From IMG/VR virus record IMGVR_UViG_3300045988_105524: a stretch of 64,000 nucleotides of DNA, one strand, 5' to 3'. Positions 9,755 to 19,648 of the stretch are shown in pieces. Position numbers and translations under genes: made by a program. The stretch is from a virus. Within the stretch, counting starts at the first letter, position 1. Each line of letters starts with the position of its first letter. Below the pieces are notes generated by a model that saw only the letters and a program-made list of their open reading frames with translations, was not told the origin of the DNA and made no database searches.

Positions 9755-11800
9755 TTACTCAATATCAATTTCGTATTCATTTGCGTGCTCAGTGATATAA
9801 TCTTTTCTAACGCTTGAGTCATTACCCATAAATAACTCCATAAACATAGATGCAAGCTCTGCGTCTTCCATTGTATATCTTATCAATCTTTGTGAATCTT
9901 CATTTAAGAAAATAGCCATGTCTTTTGCTGAAACTTCACCAAGACCTTTATTACGCATTATCTTTTTAACTTCTTTTTCTTTTATTAATTTCTCTTTTTC
10001 TTCTTTATCAAATGCATATACTTTTGTACCGTCTTTATAGATTATTTCAAACAACGGCGTCTGTAATGCATACACGTGTCCTTCTTCTATAATTTCAGGC
10101 ATAAATGTGTAGAATAAAGTTAGTAAAAGTGAACGTATGTGCATCGCATCTTCGTCAGCATCTGTCGCGAAGATAATCTTATCAAACCTTAGCTTACTTA
10201 AATCACACTTTGTTGTTTTTGTATTTACACCAGTGCCTACTAGCTGAATAATATTTTTAATTAGTTGGCTACTCAACGCGTCAGACGCTTTTGCTTTATA
10301 CACAGACTTAATCTTACCTCTGATAGGCATAAGTGCTTGATATTCAGGGTTTCTTGCTTGCTTTAAACTTGACATTGCAGACAAACCTTCTGCAATATAC
10401 AATTCTCTTTTGCTTGAGTCTTTACTTCTACAGTCAACGTAATTTTCTATTCTATTGCGCATACCGTTAATATCAGACTTAAGCTTTTCTTTCGCTACTT
10501 TCTTGCTATCGGCAATTGATTTTCTAGCTTGCATCATTGTAACAGCTCTTGATGTAATCTTTTCTACGATAGAAGAATTTTCTTTTGTAGAAATAAATTT
10601 CATTAGCTCTGCTTTTACTGCGTCATAGATAGCGTTCTTTACTTCTTTACCTGCAAGCTCTTCTTTTGTCTGTCCAGAGAACAGAGGGTCTGGAATAAAT
10701 ACAGATAACTGTAGATTTAAACCTTCTCTATAATCTTCAGCATTGGGCTTATCTTTACCTTTAATCTCTGAGTTAAATGAATCTGCAAGAGCGTCTTCAA
10801 AAGCTTGTAAATGTACACCCTTGAGACGTGTTTTTATTGTATTTACGTATGTATCTACGTTACTCTCATCAGCATAGCAAAATGCAAGTTCTATATCAAC
10901 AGTACGAATTAAATCTTTGTGTTGAATAGCACCATCAGTCATTACTGCTACATTTTTCTCAAGATATTCATTTGAGGTAGTGAACTCTACAACATCTGCG
11001 CCTTCAGGTAGAGCGTCTCTTAAACCATTTTCAGAGTAATACTCGTACTCAGCATTATTCTTAAAATTATCAATTACTTTAATATGAGACTTAGGTAAAA
11101 GATAACTAACACCTTTAAGTCTATCATTTAAATCATCTACATCTACAGGATAAGGGCTTGAGAAAATATTATCATCAAGCTTAATTCTTATCTTAGTACC
11201 TGTAGGAAAATTAGTCTTATAGTACTCTGCTCTATCGTCTTTTCTTGATTTTAGAGTAGCTTTATTCTTTAAAGGCTTAAACTCATCTTCTTCATTAAAA
11301 TAACCTGGTACAAAATCTTTAAATGACATGTAGTAGATTTTATTGTTTCTATAAACTTCAATATCTACTCTTTCAGATAACGCACAAGCTGCGGATGCTC
11401 CTAAACCATTTTGAGATGTACTCTTACCACCAGATGAATTACTACCTAAATTCTCACCAGAACGAAGAGTTCCAAGAGTAATAATAAAACCATTTACTTC
11501 ATTTCCTAACGCGTCAGTAGCAGTGTCAATAGGTAAACCTCTACCGTTATCAAGCACTGTTACAAAACCATCATTATCGAATGTTACTTCAATTCTATCT
11601 GCAAAATTTCTTATGATTTCGCCAACGCTGTTATCAATAATTTCTCTGATTGACACTGTTTTCTGCAGAGAGTATGGATGCTCAGCATCGCCTGTTTCTC
11701 TACCAAATGTTAAGTTAATCTTTTTCTTAAGATGTTCTACATCTGTTAGAGACGTGATGTTTTCAGCAGAATAATGTTCAGTGACTTTCTTTCTTGCCAT
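9755..11800 (-). CDS. type II DNA topoisomerase, GyrB/ParE-like ATPase-Toprim subunit
   Basis: 681 aa; GHKL ATPase (..ILDNGRGLP..) and Toprim (..YIAEG.., ..IIFATDADEDAMHI..) motifs. Confidence 0.8.
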   Translation of the reverse strand: MARKKVTEHYSAENITSLTDVEHLKKKINLTFGRETGDAEHPYSLQKTVSIREIIDNSVGEIIRNFADRIEVTFDNDGFVTVLDNGRGLPIDTATDALGNEVNGFIITLGTLRSGENLGSNSSGGKSTSQNGLGASAACALSERVDIEVYRNNKIYYMSFKDFVPGYFNEEDEFKPLKNKATLKSRKDDRAEYYKTNFPTGTKIRIKLDDNIFSSPYPVDVDDLNDRLKGVSYLLPKSHIKVIDNFKNNAEYEYYSENGLRDALPEGADVVEFTTSNEYLEKNVAVMTDGAIQHKDLIRTVDIELAFCYADESNVDTYVNTIKTRLKGVHLQAFEDALADSFNSEIKGKDKPNAEDYREGLNLQLSVFIPDPLFSGQTKEELAGKEVKNAIYDAVKAELMKFISTKENSSIVEKITSRAVTMMQARKSIADSKKVAKEKLKSDINGMRNRIENYVDCRSKDSSKRELYIAEGLSAMSSLKQARNPEYQALMPIRGKIKSVYKAKASDALSSQLIKNIIQLVGTGVNTKTTKCDLSKLRFDKIIFATDADEDAMHIRSLLLTLFYTFMPEIIEEGHVYALQTPLFEIIYKDGTKVYAFDKEEKEKLIKEKEVKKIMRNKGLGEVSAKDMAIFLNEDSQRLIRYTMEDAELASMFMELFMGNDSSVRKDYITEHANEYEIDIE

Positions 11801-12945
11801 ATTTTATTTACAATCCTTTCGTTTATTAAATGTGATAGCTTGTTCTTAAAGCTATTGTTCTCTATTTCATCTTCCCATAATTCTATTAGAGTTATACCTA
11901 ATTCTTCTGCAGCTTTTTGTTTCTTCTTAAAATCAGCTGGAGTAGATTTAAGCGCACCTCCATAGAGTATCATTGGGAATTCACCTTCGACTTTGCTATG
12001 AGTAGCATTGCCTTGTACTTCAATACCTAATTGTATATCAGGCAATAGTATATCGATTTCTTGCTTATATTTTGTAACAGGCAGAATTTTTCTATTTGTT
12101 TCTACTGCTAGTTCAAAATTATCTATTATATAATTCAAGACTTTTTGCTCTAATCTTGACTTAGTTGTATTCTTAGCAAAATTAGAATAATCAACCCATT
12201 CAGGTAGATTTACTCCAAAATAATCTTTAAAATCTACTGCATTAGGTTTACGCTTTCTCTTATTCTCGAATTCACTAGCCCAATCATTGGCGTTTTTATA
12301 CTCATCTAATAATTTTAAATTTAAAGACGATTTATGTTGATATAATGTTTGACACACTCTATCGCAGAAATGCTTATTCTTAGGGATAGTGCCTTGCAAC
12401 TTTATTTCTTTACTGCAATATTTGCATTCTATTGTATGAAAATCAGTACAAACTTTCTGAGATGAAGAGGTAGGAGTAAATATATTCCCACAGTAAATAC
12501 ATTCTCTAGGTTTATACGTCATATTTTTACGTGTATGAGTATTTCTACAAGAAGAGGAACAGAACTTAGCATCTCCATAAGATTGAAAACGCTGTCCGCA
12601 TTCTATACAATAATGAATCTTTTTTGTTTTAGCGTGCTTATTCATAGCTCTTTGACACTGTTCAGAACAAAAATCACTTGTTTCTGAAGAGGTTTTGCGT
12701 ACTTTACAATTTAAGCAAAAATTATTCCAATTCTTTTCAGCGTTAAAACATTCTATACATAAATCTTGTTTTTCATAATTATAGCGTTTAAACTCTTTGT
12801 TACATCTACTACAGTTAAATACTTTTTCTTTAGTACTTAATTTACCTGCACAACTTCTTGAGCAAGTTTTACTTAAATATGAAGATAGTCCACGTTTTGC
12901 ATTAAACTCTTTATTACAAACTGGGCAGTTGCGTATTACTTCCAT
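11746..12945 (-). CDS. putative homing endonuclease: multi-Zn-ribbon N-terminus plus PD-(D/E)xK-like C-terminal domain
   Basis: Many CxxC pairs; C-terminal ..LPDIQLGIEVQG..; paralogs at 39161 and 54465. Confidence 0.45.
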   Translation of the reverse strand: MEVIRNCPVCNKEFNAKRGLSSYLSKTCSRSCAGKLSTKEKVFNCSRCNKEFKRYNYEKQDLCIECFNAEKNWNNFCLNCKVRKTSSETSDFCSEQCQRAMNKHAKTKKIHYCIECGQRFQSYGDAKFCSSSCRNTHTRKNMTYKPRECIYCGNIFTPTSSSQKVCTDFHTIECKYCSKEIKLQGTIPKNKHFCDRVCQTLYQHKSSLNLKLLDEYKNANDWASEFENKRKRKPNAVDFKDYFGVNLPEWVDYSNFAKNTTKSRLEQKVLNYIIDNFELAVETNRKILPVTKYKQEIDILLPDIQLGIEVQGNATHSKVEGEFPMILYGGALKSTPADFKKKQKAAEELGITLIELWEDEIENNSFKNKLSHLINERIVNKIWQERKSLNIILLKTSRL

Positions 12946-13011
12946 AGTCTCTCTTTTAATCTCTCTACGTTATTTCTAGCTTATGTATATAAACTATCAT
13001 TAAGAGCATAA

Positions 13012-13068
13012 AAAGCTCTCAGAAATGATTCTCGTACGTCTGAGATATATCTGAGAGCTATATTTTAC
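13012..13068. repeat. B-repeat copy
   Basis: AAAGCTCTCAGAAATGATTCTCGTACGTCTGAGATATATCTGAGAGCTAT. Confidence 0.8.
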
Positions 13069-13844
13069 TTAACGTTCAATTTAGCGTACAACTCTTCTTC
13101 AGTTATAATCTTTATGCCTAATTGCACTGCTTTCTTATACTTACTACTTGAGCTAGGTTCATTACAAACAAGAAAATCAGCTTTGTTTATAGCAACTTCT
13201 TCAGCATTATGCTCTTCTAAAAATTTAACTATATCTTTTCTTGCTTTGCTCATTTTGCCTGTTAGACAAACTTTTATACCTGCACTCTTTTTATTTAGTT
13301 GTACTTCTTTGACGTAGTTAAGCGCATCATCTAACTCAGAATAATCAAAGTTTAGTAGTGTATTAGAAATACCTGAACTGATACCAGGTATCTGAGAAAA
13401 ATCAAATCTTTCATCGATAGCTTTTCTAAAAGAAGAGTAGTTATTAAAATAATCAACTAGCTTTATCGCTGTTTGCTTAGAGATATTTTCTAAACCGCAA
13501 TTAGCAATTAATTTCCATAGCTCTATTTCTTTAGGGATGTTATTTAGAATCTTATCTACTGAAATATCAGAAAAACCGTCAAGCTGCAACCACTCTTCTC
13601 TATGAGCGTAGAGTTTAAAATAATCTGATAAGCAAGTTAACCAACCTAACTTAATCAACTTCTCAATAGTGGAGTTAGAGATGCCTTCAATATCAAGCGC
13701 TTGTTTACCTGCAAATCTTATTAGCTTATTCTTTATCTTAGCAGGACAGTGTTTATTTTCGCATACAAGCTGCTTTACTCCTGTTACGTCAATCTTTAAT
13801 TCAGAACCGCAGTCAGGGCATATTGTTGGAATTTCAATTCTCAT
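13065..13844 (-). CDS. ligA: NAD-dependent DNA ligase, C-terminal half (Zn-finger, HhH, BRCT)
   Basis: Starts with a Cys4 Zn-finger (ICPDCGSEL...CENKHC), HhH segment, C-terminal BRCT-like ..VCLTGKM..; own RBS GAGGTGA. Confidence 0.75.
   Translation of the reverse strand: MRIEIPTICPDCGSELKIDVTGVKQLVCENKHCPAKIKNKLIRFAGKQALDIEGISNSTIEKLIKLGWLTCLSDYFKLYAHREEWLQLDGFSDISVDKILNNIPKEIELWKLIANCGLENISKQTAIKLVDYFNNYSSFRKAIDERFDFSQIPGISSGISNTLLNFDYSELDDALNYVKEVQLNKKSAGIKVCLTGKMSKARKDIVKFLEEHNAEEVAINKADFLVCNEPSSSSKYKKAVQLGIKIITEEELYAKLNVK
13285..13310. repeat. A-repeat copy 6, inside the ligA C-half coding sequence
   Basis: Exact 26-nt match; encodes KEVQLNKKS in frame. Confidence 0.9.
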
Positions 13845-13853
13845 ATTATCACC

Positions 13854-14576
13854 TCAAATTTCTACAGAATTATCATAATATTTCCAATGCAAATTATTTG
13901 TTTTCTTACGCTTACCTGAACAGCATTCGCTTATTTTTGAATTGCGACTATTAGTTTCTTTTGAGGCTTGCGTTATAGAGTCGTATACTATTCCAGTCTC
14001 TACGCATACAACTTTACGCCGTTTTTTGGCGGCTGCAGCTTCAATTCTTTTTTTATGGATAATCTTCATTTCTTCTGGGTGTTCTTTTTGCCATTTTAAG
14101 CAGTCTTTAACTTTTTCTCTCGACCATTCTATATCATTTTTCATTTTAATCACCATAGCTTTGTTAGCATTCGGAGAAATGATTTTTATTCCACATATTC
14201 GTTTATTATACTCAGGTTTTAGACTCCTGATATAATTTTCTTCTATATTTTTAGCTTCGCTAATAGTACAAGTAGCTCTAGATAATTCTGTATGCGTAAA
14301 ACACCCGTTTCCATATTTCTCAATGTCTTGATTAAACTCTTTATTAAACTTATACCCCTTGCCATTTCCCCATCTAGCTTTAATAGATTTTTGTGTTGTA
14401 GCTCCAACATATCGTTTATTGTTTACTGTGCAAGTGTGCATATAAAATATAACATTATATTTATTAGTGTCTTCATCAGATTTTAATATAGGTTTTTCAT
14501 TGTGCATGTCCTTTAAATGCCGATTTAACGAAGAGCGACAAGAAAAACACTTATTGCATATTAAACATCTTTCCAT
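13854..14576 (-). CDS. GIY-YIG homing endonuclease inserted within the DNA ligase gene
   Basis: N-terminal C2H2-like finger, ..YVGATTQ..R..GNG.. GIY-YIG-like core, basic C-terminus; ATG overlaps the ligase N-half stop (TAATG). Confidence 0.6.
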   Translation of the reverse strand: MERCLICNKCFSCRSSLNRHLKDMHNEKPILKSDEDTNKYNVIFYMHTCTVNNKRYVGATTQKSIKARWGNGKGYKFNKEFNQDIEKYGNGCFTHTELSRATCTISEAKNIEENYIRSLKPEYNKRICGIKIISPNANKAMVIKMKNDIEWSREKVKDCLKWQKEHPEEMKIIHKKRIEAAAAKKRRKVVCVETGIVYDSITQASKETNSRNSKISECCSGKRKKTNNLHWKYYDNSVEI

Positions 14577-15607
14577 TAGTTATTCCTTTCTGCTTTTACT
14601 ACTTGCGGTATTATACAATTTGATTTTCTTATCCAAATCTTTTGCCCAACGTACGGTTCGCCAAGAATTTTTTCTACTATATCAAGATTATGCATACTAG
14701 CTCTCTGAACATTTGTACCATCAATAACAACAGGCTTAAACTTCGCTACAGGAGTAAGATTACCTGTCTTACCTTGTGTCCATATAATGTCTAGCAACTC
14801 TGTTTCATATAGCTCATCATAAAATTTAAAAGCTAAAGCAGCGTTAGGACTATGCTCTGTTTTACCTAAGCTTTCATATTCTTCTATATTGTTAATCTTG
14901 TAAACTAGACCGTCAATAGGTAAATCAACACATTGTTCTCTTAGTGCCTCTGTATCAAAATCAAATCTATAAGGCACTACTTCAAAATCTCTACCTAAAT
15001 CATAAAGCTTTTCTGATAGTAGAGAATAAGACTTATCTGAAGAGATTAAATCAAAAGCAATAAATGATAAATTTCTCTGCTCTGCAACTTTAAGTCTCAT
15101 ACTACCCGCAGCATAATTTCTTACATTGGAAGAACCTACGTAATCAGAATATTTACAGATAACTTCACCTTCGACTGTAATATCATAAGGTAGAGACTTA
15201 GGAATATTGTCAATCATCATAGCGTTATGCGTAACATCTTCACCTATTCTGCCATTTCCTCTAGTCTCTGCTCTGAATAGCTTACCATTTTTATAAGTTA
15301 ATCTACAAGTTAAACCATCAAGCTTAGCCATAGCGATAATATCTTTATTCTTAAAAAATTTCTTTACTTCTTCAATATCTTTTGTTTTATTTAAAGATAG
15401 CATAGGAGTAGAATGCTCTACTTTATTCAATGTATTAGAGTGAATATTCTGAGTAGGAGAATCTTTATCAGGAGTATGCGTCTTTTCATATTCTACTACT
15501 TGAAAATATAAATCATCCCATTCTTTATCTGAAAGTGCAGGTGCTCCAGAATCATATAACTCTGTGTGCTTATTTAATTCTTTTATTGCTTCTTTATAAT
15601 TGAACAT
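14576..15607 (-). CDS. ligA: NAD-dependent DNA ligase, N-terminal half (Ia, adenylation KxDG, OB fold)
   Basis: ..AMAKLDGLT.. KxDG motif, ..ALAFKF.. motif V, complete OB-fold-like C-terminus; ends exactly at the OB/Zn boundary. Confidence 0.8.
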   Translation of the reverse strand: MFNYKEAIKELNKHTELYDSGAPALSDKEWDDLYFQVVEYEKTHTPDKDSPTQNIHSNTLNKVEHSTPMLSLNKTKDIEEVKKFFKNKDIIAMAKLDGLTCRLTYKNGKLFRAETRGNGRIGEDVTHNAMMIDNIPKSLPYDITVEGEVICKYSDYVGSSNVRNYAAGSMRLKVAEQRNLSFIAFDLISSDKSYSLLSEKLYDLGRDFEVVPYRFDFDTEALREQCVDLPIDGLVYKINNIEEYESLGKTEHSPNAALAFKFYDELYETELLDIIWTQGKTGNLTPVAKFKPVVIDGTNVQRASMHNLDIVEKILGEPYVGQKIWIRKSNCIIPQVVKAERNN

Positions 15608-15618
15608 ACTATACCTCT

Positions 15619-16188
15619 TTACAAATATCTCTGAGTATTACTTACGTAAACAAAACAACCTGTTAACGGTTTACAATTTGTCAATAGCTTAACGCATTTA
15701 AAATACTTTCGTACGTGCTCTATCTCTTCTTTAGGAATGTAAAGTAATGCGTCATTAAAATCTTTTGATAAGCATTCATACTGATGATTTCTCTGTTCTC
15801 TGTTTGCGTAGCAATTCCAACCTAAAGATAAAATAGCCACAGCGAGTGAATCTTTATCAACATTTACTGAATTTACACCATAATGTGCTTGTTGATAAGA
15901 GGTGAATTTTACAAACAAATCTTGCATATAACGACTTGAATCATTAATTGCATTATACTCAATGTCAAATTTATTAAATAGATTACCTTGAACTGAACAA
16001 GCAGTGCCGATGTTAGTAACGCTTTTAATGTCATTCTTCAAACAAAAGTCTATGACAAATTCATAATTACATAGACCTTCAAGAAGATTAAGATAACAAT
16101 ATTCAAGCTGAGTAAAGTAATCTTCATCGAATTTATCTTCAACAGCGCGTAAATTATTTAAGTTTTCGTGTAGTATATTTTCTAACAT
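15619..16188 (-). CDS. hypothetical protein (189 aa)
   Basis: ORF track; AAGGAG RBS and consensus promoter upstream. Confidence 0.5.
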   Translation of the reverse strand: MLENILHENLNNLRAVEDKFDEDYFTQLEYCYLNLLEGLCNYEFVIDFCLKNDIKSVTNIGTACSVQGNLFNKFDIEYNAINDSSRYMQDLFVKFTSYQQAHYGVNSVNVDKDSLAVAILSLGWNCYANREQRNHQYECLSKDFNDALLYIPKEEIEHVRKYFKCVKLLTNCKPLTGCFVYVSNTQRYL

Positions 16189-16212
16189 ATCAAATCTCCT
16201 TATAATAGAGAT

Positions 16213-16243
16213 ATTTTAACACATCATACAAAATATGTAAACA
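16213..16243 (-). promoter_or_regulatory. sigma70-like promoter TTTACA-N17-TAAAAT
   Basis: Minus-strand read; follows the T9 run that ends the ncRNA. Confidence 0.55.
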
Positions 16244-16261
16244 TAAAAAAAAATGCTACAC

Positions 16262-16518
16262 ATGAGATGGCCAGTCTCACCGTAACATTCCTTTGTTTCT
16301 AGCATTCCGCCGAACAGGTTAATTTATCTTGTTTCCCTAACGCCTAGGTACTGCTTTGCTTTTGATAGAGGAGGGAGTCGAACCCTCAAGTGGTAATTTT
16401 GCAACCGTACGGCTTGCGGGCCGTACACCTTTTCTCTCCGCAATGGCAAGCTCCATCTACTTGCAAAGTTTACTTGAGAGTCTCACTCAAGAACGTGGCG
16501 GGCACTGTACCGCGTGTA
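16262..16518 (-). ncRNA. structured ~255-nt ncRNA with tRNA-like T-arm (GAGGG-TTCGACT-CCCTC); candidate Y-RNA-like / tRNA-like RNA
   Basis: Non-coding, GC-enriched; perfect 7-bp hairpin GTACGGC/GCCGTAC; T-arm consensus; own TTTACA-N17-TATAAT promoter; ends in hairpin + T9. Confidence 0.55.
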
Positions 16519-16523
16519 ATTGT

Positions 16524-16554
16524 ATTATATCAAAAGACTCATAATTTGTAAACA
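16524..16554 (-). promoter_or_regulatory. sigma70-like promoter TTTACA-N17-TATAAT driving the ncRNA
   Basis: Perfect -35/-10 with 17-nt spacer on minus strand. Confidence 0.65.
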
Positions 16555-16565
16555 CTTTTTATAAA

Positions 16566-18755
16566 TTAAATGCAAACATAATATGTATTTACTTTTATGC
16601 CATTAAGCTTAGCAAATTCTAGAATTGTTTTCATCTCTTCAGAGTCAGATTTTAATCTTCTGTTATACATACCCGATGCTTGTAGAATCTCGTTGTCTCT
16701 AACTTCAATAGTAATCAAAGGTGTATCTAAATCGTCATTAGCTCTTAAGAAGAAAATAAATGTTTCTTTTCTAAGTACTCTGTTAATATATGATGATACA
16801 CAGTGTTTCAAAGCTTCACCTTCTTGAACAATGGCTATAAGAGTAGGAGGTGCAATAATACTAAAGTTCTCGCCTACATAACTTTTGTATGTATATGTTT
16901 TTAGTACTTTTGCATACTCTTCTTCTGCTAATTCTTGTTTAATTGCGTTGTATGTTTCTGCTAGTGTATCGTGGAATGCTTTGATACTATTTTCTTCAAT
17001 ACTATGCTTGATGTCATTTGTAAAATCTTTTATCTTTCTATCTTTGTATACAGAGAAATACATATTTAGCATATCACATAAATACCAGTCTTTAACATCA
17101 TTTTCGTATACGCTGTAGTAAACATCTCTTGTATCATTATTACGGAAAAGAATAAGATTGAACAATTCAATGTATCTCTTTAATTCACTTTCAACTGACT
17201 TGAATGTTGTGTTAAAGCTGAGCAATTCAATTATTCTATTATCAACAATTTTAATTTGCTTTATAAACTCGTCTAGAGCTTTCTCGCGATTTTCAATGTA
17301 GTCTAACTGCGCGTTAATATCTCCAAAAGCACGCGTTAGTAAGAAATAAAATTCCAAAAATAACTCACCGACAATCTTAAGCTCTTCTGTAGAAAATCTC
17401 GAAATAATATTGAAAACGCCTGTGCCTGTGTCGCACATATGCATTAGACGAATTCCTGTTACTGCTTTAAGAGAGTCTATTTCAAAAAGCATATTTACTC
17501 TTGGCACTGTATCAAAGAATGATGATTTTAACTCTCTAACAAGTGAATTATTTTTGTATATGTCGAATATCTTTATTAGATAATTTGCTCTATCTACATC
17601 AGACCAATCATTGAGTCGCTTTAGAGCTGGAATCTTACCGTAAACTGAGAATAAACCCTCAAGCTTATCACTGTACAGCAAATCTATTAAATCATTAACA
17701 ATAATCTGTCTAGGTCTACGAATATTATAATCATAGTAACTTGTATTTCTCTGATAAAACGACTTAAAATCATTGAGATTACGCAGCAAGTACTCAAAAT
17801 TCTTTATTCTATTAGAGAAACCGCTGCAGTCAGGAATATCTTCAAAGTGAGTAGGTATACAAGCTTGCATACTCTTCATACCAGCTTTTGTAGTTTTAAC
17901 GCCATTTACGAAAAACTTAAAATAACCAGTTTTAGGAATAATTATCTTTATACGGTTTTCTCTCTTTGTATCTACAAGATGTAGTGTAGCCTCTTCAGAC
18001 TTTTCATTATAAGTAACAGTATTATACTCATACTCTACTGAGTTATCAATTTGTATATTAGCATACTTATATATAAAGCTGAAAATATTCTTTTCACGAT
18101 TTGAGTCAGAGATACTGTTAAATAATTCAATCTGCTCTTTACTCATATCCAGCAGCTTATACATTTCATCATTATTAATGAATTTATCATACGTTTGCGT
18201 ACTTAACTGTACTGCAGGCTTGACTACATCAATAAAAGGTCTCTCTATAAGCATAGAATTCTTTGCGTCTAAATCAGTAATTATGATAGCATCAAATTCT
18301 TCTTCGCCTTTAGTATGATATGCTGTAAGATTATTTGAAACGTAGCAATTAGGCAAAATAGTATAAACATAATTATCTATTTTTACAGAATAATACTGCA
18401 CTTTCTCAACAGCGTCACTGATTAAATAAAACTTATCATTAAATCTTACACGAATACTGTCATAATATTCACGATGAATATATAAATCGTACATTAAAGC
18501 AACTTTATCTTCTTTTAAAAGATTATCTTTAATGTAAGACTTAGCAACCTCTTGTATTGCGTCACTTAAGAAACTTACTGGATAAGTTAACTTAGTCGTG
18601 TATTCTTCATTTGTAGAGTGATTTATAATTTTAACTAATTCTCTATTTTTAACATACTGAGGTTCGAATACGTCTACTTTTTCGTATAGCTTATTCAAAA
18701 GCTCTTCAGCATTCTGAGACTTTAGCCAAGTTTTAGTGCCTATCTGTACTTTCAT
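16566..18755 (-). CDS. large hypothetical protein (729 aa), possibly with PcfJ-like C-terminal domain
   Basis: ORF track; C-terminal ..LKHCVSSY..FIFFLR.. reminiscent of PcfJ-like proteins (weak). Confidence 0.4.
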   Translation of the reverse strand: MKVQIGTKTWLKSQNAEELLNKLYEKVDVFEPQYVKNRELVKIINHSTNEEYTTKLTYPVSFLSDAIQEVAKSYIKDNLLKEDKVALMYDLYIHREYYDSIRVRFNDKFYLISDAVEKVQYYSVKIDNYVYTILPNCYVSNNLTAYHTKGEEEFDAIIITDLDAKNSMLIERPFIDVVKPAVQLSTQTYDKFINNDEMYKLLDMSKEQIELFNSISDSNREKNIFSFIYKYANIQIDNSVEYEYNTVTYNEKSEEATLHLVDTKRENRIKIIIPKTGYFKFFVNGVKTTKAGMKSMQACIPTHFEDIPDCSGFSNRIKNFEYLLRNLNDFKSFYQRNTSYYDYNIRRPRQIIVNDLIDLLYSDKLEGLFSVYGKIPALKRLNDWSDVDRANYLIKIFDIYKNNSLVRELKSSFFDTVPRVNMLFEIDSLKAVTGIRLMHMCDTGTGVFNIISRFSTEELKIVGELFLEFYFLLTRAFGDINAQLDYIENREKALDEFIKQIKIVDNRIIELLSFNTTFKSVESELKRYIELFNLILFRNNDTRDVYYSVYENDVKDWYLCDMLNMYFSVYKDRKIKDFTNDIKHSIEENSIKAFHDTLAETYNAIKQELAEEEYAKVLKTYTYKSYVGENFSIIAPPTLIAIVQEGEALKHCVSSYINRVLRKETFIFFLRANDDLDTPLITIEVRDNEILQASGMYNRRLKSDSEEMKTILEFAKLNGIKVNTYYVCI

Positions 18756-19306
18756 ATATCTCTCCTCTTATACAATTCTGCTTTAATATCATTTATTATA
18801 TCAGGCAAAGCTACTGGTGTAAGATTATGTGCGTCTAAGCCTATGTGATAAACATACGGATAATCATTATAAAACTTCACATCCTGATGAATATGACCGA
18901 ATAGACATATTGCGCTATGCTTTAGTTTAAAACGCGAAATATCGTCTCGTATTATTGAAGGATAATGACTAAGGTAAAATTGCTGTTTATCAATCTTTAT
19001 TAAATGAGCATATCCTAGCACTGTAGTGTTTGGCGCTTTAGCGTATATCTTTGCTCTATCTGAAGTGTCGTGATTACCTAGCACAATAAACTTCTGTCCT
19101 TTAAGCTTATTGAATAATTCAATACTCTCTTTATTATCGCCAAGCATAACATCGCCAAGAATATAGACTGTATCAGAATCGTTCACTGTCTTATTCCAGT
19201 TTTTGATTATAGCTTCATTCATCTCACCGATAGACTTAAAACCTCTTGCGCCGTATATAAAGTCTTTATCGTGATTAAAATGTAAATCGCTTGTAAAGTA
19301 AATCAA
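18752..19306 (-). CDS. calcineurin-like metallophosphoesterase (YfcE/MJ0936-like)
   Basis: DLHFNH, GDVMLGD, GNHD, GHIH motifs; TTG start with GGAG RBS. Confidence 0.7.
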   Translation of the reverse strand: MIYFTSDLHFNHDKDFIYGARGFKSIGEMNEAIIKNWNKTVNDSDTVYILGDVMLGDNKESIELFNKLKGQKFIVLGNHDTSDRAKIYAKAPNTTVLGYAHLIKIDKQQFYLSHYPSIIRDDISRFKLKHSAICLFGHIHQDVKFYNDYPYVYHIGLDAHNLTPVALPDIINDIKAELYKRRDI

Positions 19307-19309
19307 TCG

Positions 19310-19648
19310 TTATACTCCATATTTGTTAAAATCTGTTTCGAATACAAACTGCTTGTCACCCCAAGAAATATCTACGAGTGCGTACTTACTTATTTCTTTA
19401 CCGTTTAATTCGAATACCACTTCATCAACATCTTTAAATAAGTCAGCACTATCAAAAATAAAATCTGAGATAAATACATGGTTTTCGTTTGTATGAAGAA
19501 TTAGTTTTCTACCAGACTTACTTATATCATATACTGTTGCATATCTAGTTTTATCCCAGTGCTCACAATGAGCTAATTCAATAGTAGCATTTATTTTATC
19601 TTTGCTGAGATAATCTACAAAGTTTTCTTTAAAATAATTAATATTCAT
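19310..19648 (-). CDS. hypothetical protein, paralog of 55920..56234
   Basis: Shares ..LILH..FSD..LF.DV..VVFE.NGK.I..L.D..W.. with 55920..56234; both adjacent to phosphoesterases. Confidence 0.5.
   Translation of the reverse strand: MNINYFKENFVDYLSKDKINATIELAHCEHWDKTRYATVYDISKSGRKLILHTNENHVFISDFIFDSADLFKDVDEVVFELNGKEISKYALVDISWGDKQFVFETDFNKYGV

Noticed and set aside
16262-16525. tmRNA (ssrA) hypothesis for the structured ncRNA
   Set aside because: The T-arm sits in the middle of the transcript. There is no 5' acceptor strand pairing with the 3' end, no CCA terminus after the T-arm, and no tag-peptide reading frame ending in a stop.
19304-19312. In-frame TAA-CGA-TTG between 19310..19648 and the phosphoesterase gene, suggesting readthrough
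   Set aside because: The TTG has a well-spaced GGAG RBS. Ordinary translational coupling explains it.
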